DNA of 64,000 nt, from contig CM082577.2 in NCBI GenBank assembly GCA_040954595.2, positions 4,092,305 to 4,156,304 on the forward strand. The letters are read 5' to 3'. The notes beneath the pieces are model-generated. The model was not told the origin of the DNA. It saw nothing but the letters and a program-made list of their open reading frames with translations, and searched no databases. Origin of the DNA: Balanoglossus misakiensis (taxonomy: Eukaryota > Animalia > Hemichordata). Shown here piece by piece: positions 1-15,436 of the stretch. The position numbers and the translations under genes are program-made. Position 1 is the stretch's first letter. Each line of letters starts with the position of its first letter.

Positions 1-75
1 CACAACAGTTTGGTCCAAACCCAAAGGTAAAGTTTGGCCTCTACCACGGAAAAGAGGGATGAAGTAGATGGTTTA
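1..75. mobile_element. Degenerate, edge-truncated copy of the 90-bp TTAA MITE
   Basis: GTTTGGTCCAAACC...GGTAAAGTTTGGCCTCTA resembles the family core in reverse orientation. Confidence 0.5.
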
Positions 76-4790
<4,715 letters not shown>

Positions 4791-5141
4791 GTTGCGTGTG
4801 TGTTGAAAAAATACCGCGTTTAACACGCCAGTATCTGCCCACTGTCACTCGGAGATTTCAAACGCGGTCAGGGCTGGGGAGAAAACATGGCGGCGCGGCG
4901 CGTGTGACTTGAAATCTCCAGCATGCATTTCGAGGAGTCGTAACCACAATGCTTAGCGGAGAGAGGTGACAAAGATGCCGCTTCCGGTTAATCAAGATGG
5001 ATACAGCACATGTTTCAGTGCCGTTTTCGGAGAATCTGTGGTCGCATAACTTTTATAAGAAAGCGATTGCAGCGTAAATCGTTATAAACTGACACTGTCA
5101 GACTACAAAGGGTATATGAAACTATCGTTACTTCAATCACT
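4791..5141. promoter_or_regulatory. Bidirectional CpG-rich promoter and 5' leaders of U2AF2 and XPO6
   Basis: Only 351 bp separate the divergent ATGs (4790 and 5142). CpG-rich from about 4320 to 5450 against CpG-poor gene bodies. YY1-like AAACATGGCGGC at about 4883-4894. Confidence 0.75.
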
Positions 5142-8100
5142 ATGGTAAGTAGCGGTGCGGAACACAGCCAGCCAGCGTGGTTCACCACCAATCGCCTTCT
5201 TTGAAATCGTGGGATGGGTCGATGATGATGTACAGCTCTGCCTTGATTTATATATTCACAAGTTGACAGTCTCGGGTAGATATTCTCCAAACGTTTTATT
5301 TAAAGGAAAAAATAACCCGAGTTTTGATATTTGTTACAATATATGTTGACGCGATGATGGAGGTATACATACCGACAGGGCGACACCACTCGCCAGGCTG
5401 CAGTACACGTACACCCATTGACTAAAGATCACGAGTCAAAACGAAAAAATTATGTAGAGGAATGTTCAGAGACAGTTCTGCCTGGAAGATGGCATTGTCC
5501 CAAAGCCTCCGTTAGAAATATTAAAACTTAACATCTTTTCAAAATCTAAGAGTGGATTAACATAAATGTCATGCGATTTGTATATAGTTCCTGAATCCTA
5601 GGGCGTATATACAGGAAGTTACCAAACTTCTCCACCTCACTTCTTGATCAGCAAAATGTGCACCAAACATTAAATTTTTACCTCCTCAGTGATTTACAAA
5701 ATACAGACTCCAAACTGACATACTAATGATGCTTGATTCCTAACTGCTTTCCCAGGCTTCTGAAGATGAAAGTAACTTGAAAGCATTGGAGGGACTGATG
5801 TCTGAATTCTTTGCTTCGTCAACATCCAATGAAAGGAAACGACAGATAGGTAAACTAGAGTTACACATCATGAATCTAATTTTCATTTGTCCCCATAGGT
5901 GGTGTACTGTAGTGTTATTGTAGGAAACAACAATTTAACAATCTGAACCTGTGACACAAACAGTCTTTGAGTCAATTCTCTGTCATTGTAAAGCATCTTT
6001 CTGAGGACAACATTGAATATAGGAGCACATGGATTCATCAATGAAATATTAAGAAGGCTTGATACTACATATGGATTGATAGATATTAATTTCTATATTT
6101 TTGTTGCAGAGGAACTTTTGAATAATTTCAGCGCACAGAGTGGGGCCTGGAGACACTGTTTCTTCTTTTTAGCCAACACTCGTAATGAATACGTCATGAT
6201 GTATTGTCTGACCGTCTTCGAGGTAATTCATTTGGATTTTCTTTTAATGTGGACAATATCCATGCCATTCTGGATGAAACACAGTCACTGCTATGGTGCA
6301 TCATGCATTTTCCAAAGGCTGCTTAGCTCTGTTTGGAAATGTTTAGTATTAAAATGAGGCGTAAGTGTCATGATCAACTGTTTCTGAGCAAATTATGCAA
6401 ATCAAATGAATACATTAAGAAACCAGTGAAGAAGCATTATTTTTAGTCCTGTGGAAATACACAGATATGACAGAACAAGATACACAGATATGACAGAACA
6501 ACATCCGATCAAGACAACATTTGCAACATAAAGCATATTTCACACTGTCTCTTCCCCATTTCCAGAACATCATCAATCGAATGTGGGTTGGCGTTCCAAT
6601 GCAAGACAAGTTAGAAATCCGCAACAGTCTCTCCAAGCTGCTTCTGTCGCAACACAAGACGGTGCCACCATTTATACGCAATAAACTGGTCAAAGTATTG
6701 GTGGACATTGGAAGACTGGACTGGCCACACTACTATCCTGATTTCTTCACAGAGATCTTTCATGTGAGTTTCAACATTCATGGCAGTGTTTTTTTCCTGC
6801 CCTTGGCTCTTGGGAGCTTGGGTGATAAACACTAGTACAGTCAAACCTGCCTATAGTGGCCGGTCAAGCAACCTTCTGAAACTGGCCTTTATGGACAGGT
6901 GGCCCTTATAGACAGTAGATCAGTACCATCACTGTCATGAACTTTCAAATGAACGATGACCAAAAATTTGAATGTCATTTTTATTTTTAGTTGATTCAGC
7001 AACCAAGCACAACAGCTCTAGGACTTATCATCCTGCAGACGACGTCAGAAGAGTTGGCGTGTCCCCGGGAAGATTTGAGTGTTGCCAGGAAAGGGGAACT
7101 CCATTCTCTGCTTCTGCAACAAGTACCCACCATACTCAGTCTCCTGACAGGTATGTATCATGATAGAAACACACACACAAAAAATACTTAGTTCATGATT
7201 CCATTTCTGTTGTATTGCCATATATGACTGCTGTGCGGTTATCTGAAGGCTATATATACCCATGCTATTCAAAATGATAGACACAATGCATTGCTTATGA
7301 TCTGATAACACATTTGTAAGTTTGTTGCATCTTTGCTCCAGGCACTCTGGAGTCTGTGCTGGACAAGCACCGCCAGCTGGTAACCACAGCAACACCGCCA
7401 CCCTCACCTACTCACGGCGATTCCAACTCCAACAGCCCAACAAGTCAAAAAACATTTGAAATGCTAAGTACTTCGCCATTACAGTCAGGTATGTCAAGAC
7501 AAACATTTTTTTTTGTTTATGTGCAATTCCAGTAACATGACTCTATTTAAAGTATGTATCTTCAAAAATTGTGTTGCCAATGTAAAATACACATATTTTA
7601 CAGCAAAATCAGCAATGTCTACATTTCACTGGCATATGAATTGGCCTGATTAGCCCCCAAATTAATCGACATGTAACTTTACTGAATGAGAGATAATATT
7701 GCTAGTCAGTGCACTGTCTGGCATAGTGGAATCTCTATTCCAGTCACTGTAAACATCTCCATCTCTGCAATGGATTTCCAGGGAGTATACTCAACAGTAT
7801 GTTTCAGTCGGGAAGCGGCAGCAGCAAGATGAACGTGCTGCCCCTGCCGCCTCTGGATCAGGACAGCGAACAGCTGAGCGCCCTCGCTCTCAACTGTCTC
7901 AACCACCTCTTCAGCTGGATCCCCCTCTCCACAAACATCACCCCGTCGCTCCTCACCACCATTTTCCAGTTCGCCAGCTTCGGCTGCGACATCAACACGG
8001 TGCAGAACCTCTCGTCCAGCCGGCGTGCCAGCTTCAGCAAGACCGGCAGCTCCACGTTGGGAGTGCTGGCCATGTGTTGCATCAATGAGATCATGTCCAA

Positions 8101-11100
8101 GAACTGTGTGCCGACCGAGTTTGAGGAGTTCTTACTCCGCATGTTTCAACAGACATTCCAACTTTTGCAGAGGTTGACAAAGGACACCACTGCCCAGTCA
8201 GTTGGCAATAAATTAGCTGAACTAGATGAGAAGTAAGCATGGCTTCTTTTTTTTACACAGCCTGTTGCTCTGTAAGGTACATTGGTAATGACTGGTCATA
8301 TGGCAGCATAGTTAAGAAGTTCCATTACTTTTACTGCTGTTACTGTTTCTGATTGGACAGTCTCCACTGTATAATGAAGCCCACCTTAAGCAAAAGATTT
8401 TAATTGCAAGGAGTGACATTTCTTATATCCTTGTAGACATGCTTTTCTGACATTACATTTTATCAATTTGTCTCTATATCTAGCTATGTAGAGAAGTTTA
8501 CAGACTTTTTGAGGTTGTTTGTGAGTGTTCACTTGAGGAGGTTTGAAGGCAATGCTCAGTTTCCAGTGTTGGAATTCCTGTCTTTACTTTTCAAGTACAC
8601 ATTTAAACAGGTAAGCTATTGGCTAAAATCATTGACACTCTAGTGTCTATGCTAAAATATGTTAATATGAAATTTGATATCACACCTGTCATATGAATGA
8701 GACGACTCAAATGAGATTGGTTGTAATACGATAAAGGCATTTGCTGAAAGGCATTTTACAAGCCATGTGCATAATTATTTCTTTCTCATTTTGTTCAGCC
8801 AAGTTACGAAGGTTTCTTTGCCTGTCTGGACATCTGGACTGTATTTATTGACTATCTATTGACTGAGACCAGATCACGGACGACAGAGAAGGAAGAAAAG
8901 GTTAACAGGTAGGAAATTAGTAGTCATCTTTTTGACATTGCGTGAGGATGAAGAAAGTCTACTTTCTGAGCATGGTTTACCATACATGACTATGTTTGAA
9001 AATACATACAAATCACTATTAAACACAGAAAAATATTCATAACTCGTTTTGAAAACACTGGGTGAAGAATTGAAGTACTAAATCCTGACTAGAGGTCAGA
9101 CGTGTACATTGACAATCATCTTACTGTTACAGGTACAAGGATGCCTTGGTTAGTCTGATGAGCGAGATTTTACATAAACTTCAATTTCGATTTAATCAGT
9201 CGCAGCTGGAAGAAATGGATGATGAAACTCTGGACGACGATGTGAGTAACAAGGTTTTCATGGCATACAGTACATGTATATGAAAGATGATCTCATTCTT
9301 ATATTAATGACATAGGGATATGTCATTAGACAGTGAAATTTTATCCACCCATACGATTTGACATTTTAATTTCCCCCATAATTTTTAGACAAACTTTTTA
9401 CCATTTTTCAGATTCATTTAAAGGTATAAAACTAAAATTAATTTTCTTCATTTACAGTGTGAAACTGAATGGCAGCATTTTCTGAGACAGTGTGTTGAAG
9501 TGATTGCCAAAGTTGCTGAATTATTACCAAGTGAAGCTTTCAGTTTAATGGTGGGTCTCTGTCATAGTTGTTTTGCTGATGGTGAGGGGTCTAGAGTTAC
9601 TGCATATGAACATTAACTGTGTCAGATTTCAGTTTCAAATTAATCTGTCTTTCCATGTGGACTAACAAAAACGGAGTTGTACTAGTGTGTTCAATATTTA
9701 TGTGAGACACACAGAACAGGGAGAGAGATAGACATGAAAAATGGTTTTCCATCATTTCAATCGCAATCCATTCTCTATTCATTCCTAGTATCCACCATTT
9801 CAAGAATATTCTGATATTTATTTGGGTCTACAACAGCATCTGGTCAACACTGGAACAGGTAAGCCTTTTTTCTTGCAGAAATAGATATTTTCAGACATCT
9901 TTAACCCTAACAGTGCCAAGTCAGTAGGAAACGTAGTTATTTTCCTACCCCCCTAGAATCCCGGGCATACTTGACTGTGGAGAAATGAATTGGTATCAGA
10001 CTGTGTAATGTCAAATATTTGAACAGCTGAGTACATACTAAACCGCCTCTGCTGGGTAATTTGATCAGGCCAAGATGATCATAAACAGTGGATACAGCTA
10101 GATTGAGGCAAACGACCCTGTCTAAATACACACATGGCAGCTAATCAAAGAAACCAACACTGTCTAAATACGTATTCCAGTGATGATACGTATCTATATG
10201 GACTTGAGACTCTAACGGGTTATGACACCCGGTAGCAATAGGGTTAAGCTGGAAAAATTGAGTTTTTTTGTCCAAAGTTACAGCTCACTTTCCTTTAAAT
10301 TTCTGAACCTCTTCCCACTGTCTTGGTGTTTACTTCCAGGTCAAAGGTTAAACATAACGGCAGAAAATGAATGCAGAAGGTTACATTGCACTCTGCGCGA
10401 TTTGTCATCCATGCTGCAAGCACTGGGTCGCCATGCCGACCATTTTATTGCTGATAAATTTGCAAGTAGAATACAAGATGCTATGCCGTTAGTTGACAGG
10501 TAAAATTCTCTTGTTGATTATATTATCTCTCAATTTGGGTATGTTAATACTACTTACTAGGCCTGATAGGATTTATATAAAGAAGATTTTTCAATATCCA
10601 ACTATTGATAAATTTTATTTTCATATTCTAGGCTTTGTCAGGTCACAATCTATGGTTCCAAGATGAGTCTATATGAAGCAGACACCCCTATACCCACAGT
10701 ATTAAGACCTGATTTTATTGAAGTGTAAGTTTACCTGAAGTCTGATTTATTTTTGAATGTATGAATTCATTTAATTATAAATGTGTTATTACCAAAACTG
10801 TCTTTGCTTGCATGGTTAAATAATGGACCTGTGAAACTAAATTATTATTGCAGAAACAATTATACATTATATTTCTGACTAGTATGAGTTGAATATGTTT
10901 ATCCCAGAAAGACACAGAAATGCTATTGATTCTTTTCTCTCTCTTATATGGAATGAACAGTCACGCACAAGCCCTAGCAGCTTTACAAGCATTTAATCAA
11001 TGGATTTCACAGTTCTATCTGGAGACACAGAGACAAGGGCAAGAACAAGAGCAGTTTATCTCTATGGTTACCACAATGTTAGAAGCTCTGGCGCCACTTC

Positions 11101-14100
11101 TGCAGAAAGGGGTGAGTTCAAAGGTCAAAGGTCACTTTGAAATTATTTCTACCATCATGATGCAACTGATATTCAATTCCCTGTGCTTAAAATCTGTCTG
11201 TAATTCTGTCCCAGGTTTCTAACACAGAAACACTTTCTTTATATTGCAGGTGCCCGATAAAGTGACACTTTCTGCTGCCCACCTTTTTCTCTCCATAGCA
11301 ACCAGCATCCGCCCTGCCTTCCTGATTCAGCTTTCAGATGTACAGAAATTATTCAATGATGTCAGTGGAGGTTCACTTTCCACTTTGCAGACGGAGGTCA
11401 GTCAACAATCAAATTCCTGTATTCATTAAGCCTGTAAATTGTTATAGCTATCAAATTGGAAAATTTAACTTGGAGGACAGAACATCACTTATCACCATAT
11501 GAATGAATGTATATCTTCAAAAGAAACACTGAGATTTCCGTAAATGGTTGGTTTTATGTCACATTGGTTCTGGCCTTGCAGGTTCAGTTACTCGTGTGCA
11601 GAGCCCTGTCAAATATTTTGATACTGCCATGGCCGAACATTGCTGAGGGAGACCAGCAGTGGGAGGCGAGGTCAGGAAATCATATGAGTTACGTCAAGAG
11701 AATGACAGATCAGTACAGGTCAATCAAAAGCTCATCTCATTTCAGTGATGACAAGACAATACAGGAACAAGGTAAGAAAGCTTTGCCTTTGACCTGTCAA
11801 CTTTGACCTTTGTGTAAGTTGGTGTCTGCACCATCATACTGTTGACATTTTATACTGTAAAAATTTATGTAGATGTATTTTAGTCAAAATTATTTTCCAA
11901 TAGTGCTTATAAATCCTAGTTGCCCGATGGTCTCTATCATAGTTTGTAGATGGTTTTCCTGCTGGGATAAATTAAATTCAAGATATTTATCAGCATTTCT
12001 TTTTTTCTCCCCTCAGCAAAACCAGTCATCAAGAAAACACTGGCCATCCTTGTGGACTTGGTTGAATCCGTCAACGGAGAGGTCACCAAAACTAAGCAAA
12101 TTTGTTACACCTCACTGCAAGACTCCATTCACTTTACCATATCAATATTCCCAATCTACATCAGACAACCAGGTGGGTTTTATACTTTCACCCATTGCTT
12201 TGATATTCTTGTTATTAAATAATTAGTGTGACCTTCTTAGGGGAATGGTCAACTCTTCTGTCATTGAATTACTGAAAATCACAGTTCCTTATTTTGCCTG
12301 TTTTTCCAAACAGAAGTGGTTGAAGAGATTTTGAGTTTCTTCCTTGCGGTGTTCCAGTCTCTCCGAGTTCAGATGGGGGTTGCATTTACAGAACAAGCCA
12401 TACAGACTTTCATGAATCTGTTCACGAGGTGAGTGCGTCTACCCGTACTTCACATCAGATTCTGAATTTATAGCTTGCTTATATTTCAATATGGGAAAGC
12501 TGGTGAATTCACAGCATCAAGGGACACCGTGTGTATTATACAGAGAACCACACGAAGACCCTGAAAGCTCTTCTGACAAGTTTTATGGGTACTTTTGTTG
12601 CAGGGAACAGTTGGCAGATACCATTCTGAATGAAGGGAGCACAGGGTGCAGAATTGTTGAAAAGTAAGTGGCCAAGGGTATAGTGGAAGATGAGCTGATG
12701 TTCCAATATAGAAACTGTGCAGACTTAGTGTACTCCCTCCACAGTGAAAGATTTTAGATCAAATGTTTTATGATTGGTTTTGTTCACATCCATGCAGTCA
12801 TTTTCAATTGTCTAAAATCCCATTATTTTTCTTTCTGCCAGGTTCTTGAAGATCTTGCAGATTTTGGTCCAAGAACCTGGATCAGCGAGCAAGAGATTCC
12901 TCCCCAGTATTATCACACTCTGCATGGACCAAATATATCCCATAATAGCAGAGGTCAGCATTTCCACCAGTTCTTCATCATGTCCCTATATTTTTGATGT
13001 TTTGGGGAGATTGGTAAATATTTTGGGCGTACAAATGTATACCAAAGGGAACCCTGGTAAAATCACTATGGAACAGTGGTAGCATTTACCTCGGTACCGC
13101 TCTTATCAAAAACAGTGTGTCCTGTTTATGTACTTCAGTCAAAACCATGCCATGGCCTGCGTGCCGAAGCATGACCTGTCATGACCCTTGTGGTGTACAC
13201 TGCAGCCAAAGCCAATCTCCTATCAGACCTTACCTTCAGTGTGACAATTCCTGATTTTGACAATTTCATTTTCTGCCAACAGAGATCATCTCCAGACATC
13301 AAGTTGGTCCTCTTTGAGTTGCTGCATCTGCTATTGCTATACAACTGGAGGTATTTCTTCCGAGCGTCCGTGTTGGATAAAATGCAGTCTGGCGGTAATG
13401 AAAATATTGAAAACCAACCACAGTTCATGGCTATCATGCAGGTATGAGAGAAAATCTCTTCCAGACAAGTCGATATACATATACATAATACATTTGTAAA
13501 GTTTGGCTTTGAGTAATCACGTTTCTGTGACAGGCATACATACATATTCACAATCATGGTATGACTTGACAAGCGTAAGGCCTGGAGCAGTTTATTTACA
13601 AGGCATTTCAACATAACCCAACCAGTGACAATAAAATGGATGTTATTTTCACAGGCATTTGGTCAGTCTTTTCTCCAACCAGACATCGCAATCTTCAAAC
13701 AGAACCTGGAGGCTTTGGAATCTCTGAACACAAAATGGAAACTGTACTACAAGGTGTGTAGATCACTCCACTGAAAACTTAATTTTTGTTTGAATGGCTT
13801 TCAGACTTTCGTTCCAAGGAGACAAATTAACATGCATGATGAATGGAACTCTGACTGCCATCAAATAGCAGACTTCTGAAATGTATGGTCGTGTCATCAT
13901 ACAGATCTTGTAAATAACCACTTAACGTAGTATCTGCAATTTTCTAACATAATCATCATCATCTTACTTCAGAAATTCTTCTGTGAAGTGATGTTGCTCC
14001 AGTTCTTGAACGTGCTGCTCCAAGTTCTCGTCCACAAGTCACATGACCTTCTGCAAGAGGAGATCCTGATCACAGTGTACAACATGGCCTCTGTTGACTT

Positions 14101-14443
14101 CGACAGTTTCTATGGCAACTTCCTCCATCAGTTCCTGTCATCTTCCGAGGGACTGGATGACAGTCAGAAGACCATACTTGGAACAAATTTCAGTTTAGAC
14201 AAGGTAAGAGTGGGAGACCTATGTGCACAAAAATTATAACTTTCACATATCACAATGTATCTGCAACATTCATTTGTTTTGACTAGCCTCCAATGTTCTT
14301 CGTAGTATCACTGACAACTGTTTATTCTACCTTCTTTACAGGATTTGCCATCATTCACCCAGAGTTTACGACGACTCGTCAATGACCTGCGATACTACAG
14401 AATCTGTAACTCAGCATTGCCAGAGGGCTCTGTGAAATTGTGA
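5142..14443 (+). CDS. XPO6: Exportin-6 (nuclear export receptor for actin/profilin), complete, about 1149 aa
   Basis: 25 phase-consistent coding exons: 5142-5144 (ATG only), 5756-5849, 6110-6222, 6566-6763, 6991-7150, 7342-7488, 7782-8232, 8484-8610, 8799-8908, 9133-9241, 9458-9550, 9789-9858, 10340-10499, 10632-10724, 10961-11111, 11250-11396, 11582-11771, 12017-12172, 12314-12428, 12604-12663, 12842-12953, 13283-13441, 13655-13753, 13973-14203, 14342-14443 (3450 nt). N-terminus MASEDESNLKALEGLMSEFF, motifs TTSEELACPREDLSVARK and LVHKSHDLLQEEI, and C-terminus DLPSFTQSLRRLVNDLRYYRICNSALPEGSVKL match recalled XPO6. Confidence 0.96.
6457..6501. repeat. 23-bp tandem duplication in XPO6 intron 3
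   Basis: ATACACAGATATGACAGAACAA(G) occurs twice. Confidence 0.85.
6836..6914. mobile_element. Truncated Tc1/mariner-type MITE
   Basis: TA-CAGTCAAACCTGCCTATAGTGGCC left end with partial inverted match GGCCCTTATAGACAG; right terminus missing. Confidence 0.5.
9901..10247. mobile_element. Possible piggyBac-like non-autonomous element in XPO6 intron 12
   Basis: TTAA-CCCTA ... TAGGG-TTAA with short imperfect TIRs; it accounts for most of this intron's length. Confidence 0.5.
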
Positions 14444-14780
14444 AAAAACAACCTCGTTTCCTGGAAAGCTCGACCCTCAACTTTCTAAATGAAAAATATT
14501 TGCTTTCACTTGATATTTTTGAAACCAAGTGGACTGCATCTGTGTCTGTCATTTCAAATCATGTGTTCTGTAGCTCTTCATGCTATGTTTGATAACATGG
14601 GATGAATTGCAGAAAATGTTTCACAATTTTAAGTCAAGATGTTTAAAAAGAAGGATGACTTTAGCATGTGGAAATCAGCACTATATTATTTTCAACATGT
14701 ACAGTGTGCACATTAAAATTTGCAATTTACCTGCACCAAGGTAACATGGACATCAATGGTGCAGTGTTCACCAGACCATT

Positions 14781-14864
14781 TTAACCCATTCAATACCATG
14801 GTTTAGTCCAACCCCATTGTTTCTTATGGTAAAGTTGGACCTCTAAAGGGGGTGTAAGTGTTAA
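14781..14864. mobile_element. About 90-bp TTAA MITE (piggyBac-like termini) in the XPO6 3' UTR region
   Basis: TTAA-CCCATTCA...GTAAGTG-TTAA; reverse-orientation, diverged homolog of the copies at 34723 and 63586. Confidence 0.7.
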
Positions 14865-15173
14865 GCCACAAAAAGTCTCAATATTTGTTTGTGATTGTGA
14901 AATGAAAGTGAACTTTAATTTGATGGAGACCTGCTTGTGTGTGTGCTGGTGACAGATTTATTTTTATAATTTGGACATGTCACTGCGAGTGCAGTGAAAA
15001 CCTGATAGATATAAGTATGGATTGAATCATGTGGACAATGATTGGAAATTGATCTGAAATCTGACATTTTTGTCAACCATTTGAATTTTTATGATTCTTT
15101 TTTTCCACTGTAGAAAATATTTGGCACAAAGAACTTCAATGCAGATGGTCTATCTTCATTTTTTTTGTAAAGT

Positions 15174-15233
15174 AATAAATACAATGTAAATAGTTACATG
15201 CGTGAACACGAGAAATAAAGTGAAAATTTTATT
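15174..15233. terminator. Convergent polyadenylation signals of XPO6 (+) and MEI1 (-)
   Basis: AATAAA at 15174-15179 and 15214-15219 on plus, followed by a GT/T-rich tract at about 15243-15260; TTTATT (AATAAA on minus) at 15228-15233. Confidence 0.6.
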
Positions 15234-15320
15234 TAAAAAATATTGTTTTTGTTTTTGTTGCAAACCCCATAGTATGACTGCAGTGGGGAAATGAACAATG
15301 TGTGATTGGATACACAATTG

Positions 15321-15390
15321 TGTATGTATGTATGTATGTATGTATGTATGTATGTATGTATGTATGTATGTATGTATGTATGTATGTATG
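15321..15390. repeat. (TATG)n microsatellite, about 17 units, in the predicted MEI1 3' UTR
   Basis: Perfect tetranucleotide run; explains the YIHT-repeat ORF. Confidence 0.95.
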
Positions 15391-15436
15391 CATATGTATC
15401 ATCTTGTAACTGAGTTTTCACTTCATGTGTTGACAT

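Noticed and set aside
11114-11134. AGTTCA-A-AGGTCA-A-AGGTCA nuclear-receptor DR1-like repeats at an XPO6 donor
   Set aside because: Similar AGGTCA/TGACCT repeats are scattered across the window, and nothing else supports function here.
15233-15436. ORF with YIHT repeats
   Set aside because: Product of the (TATG)n microsatellite.
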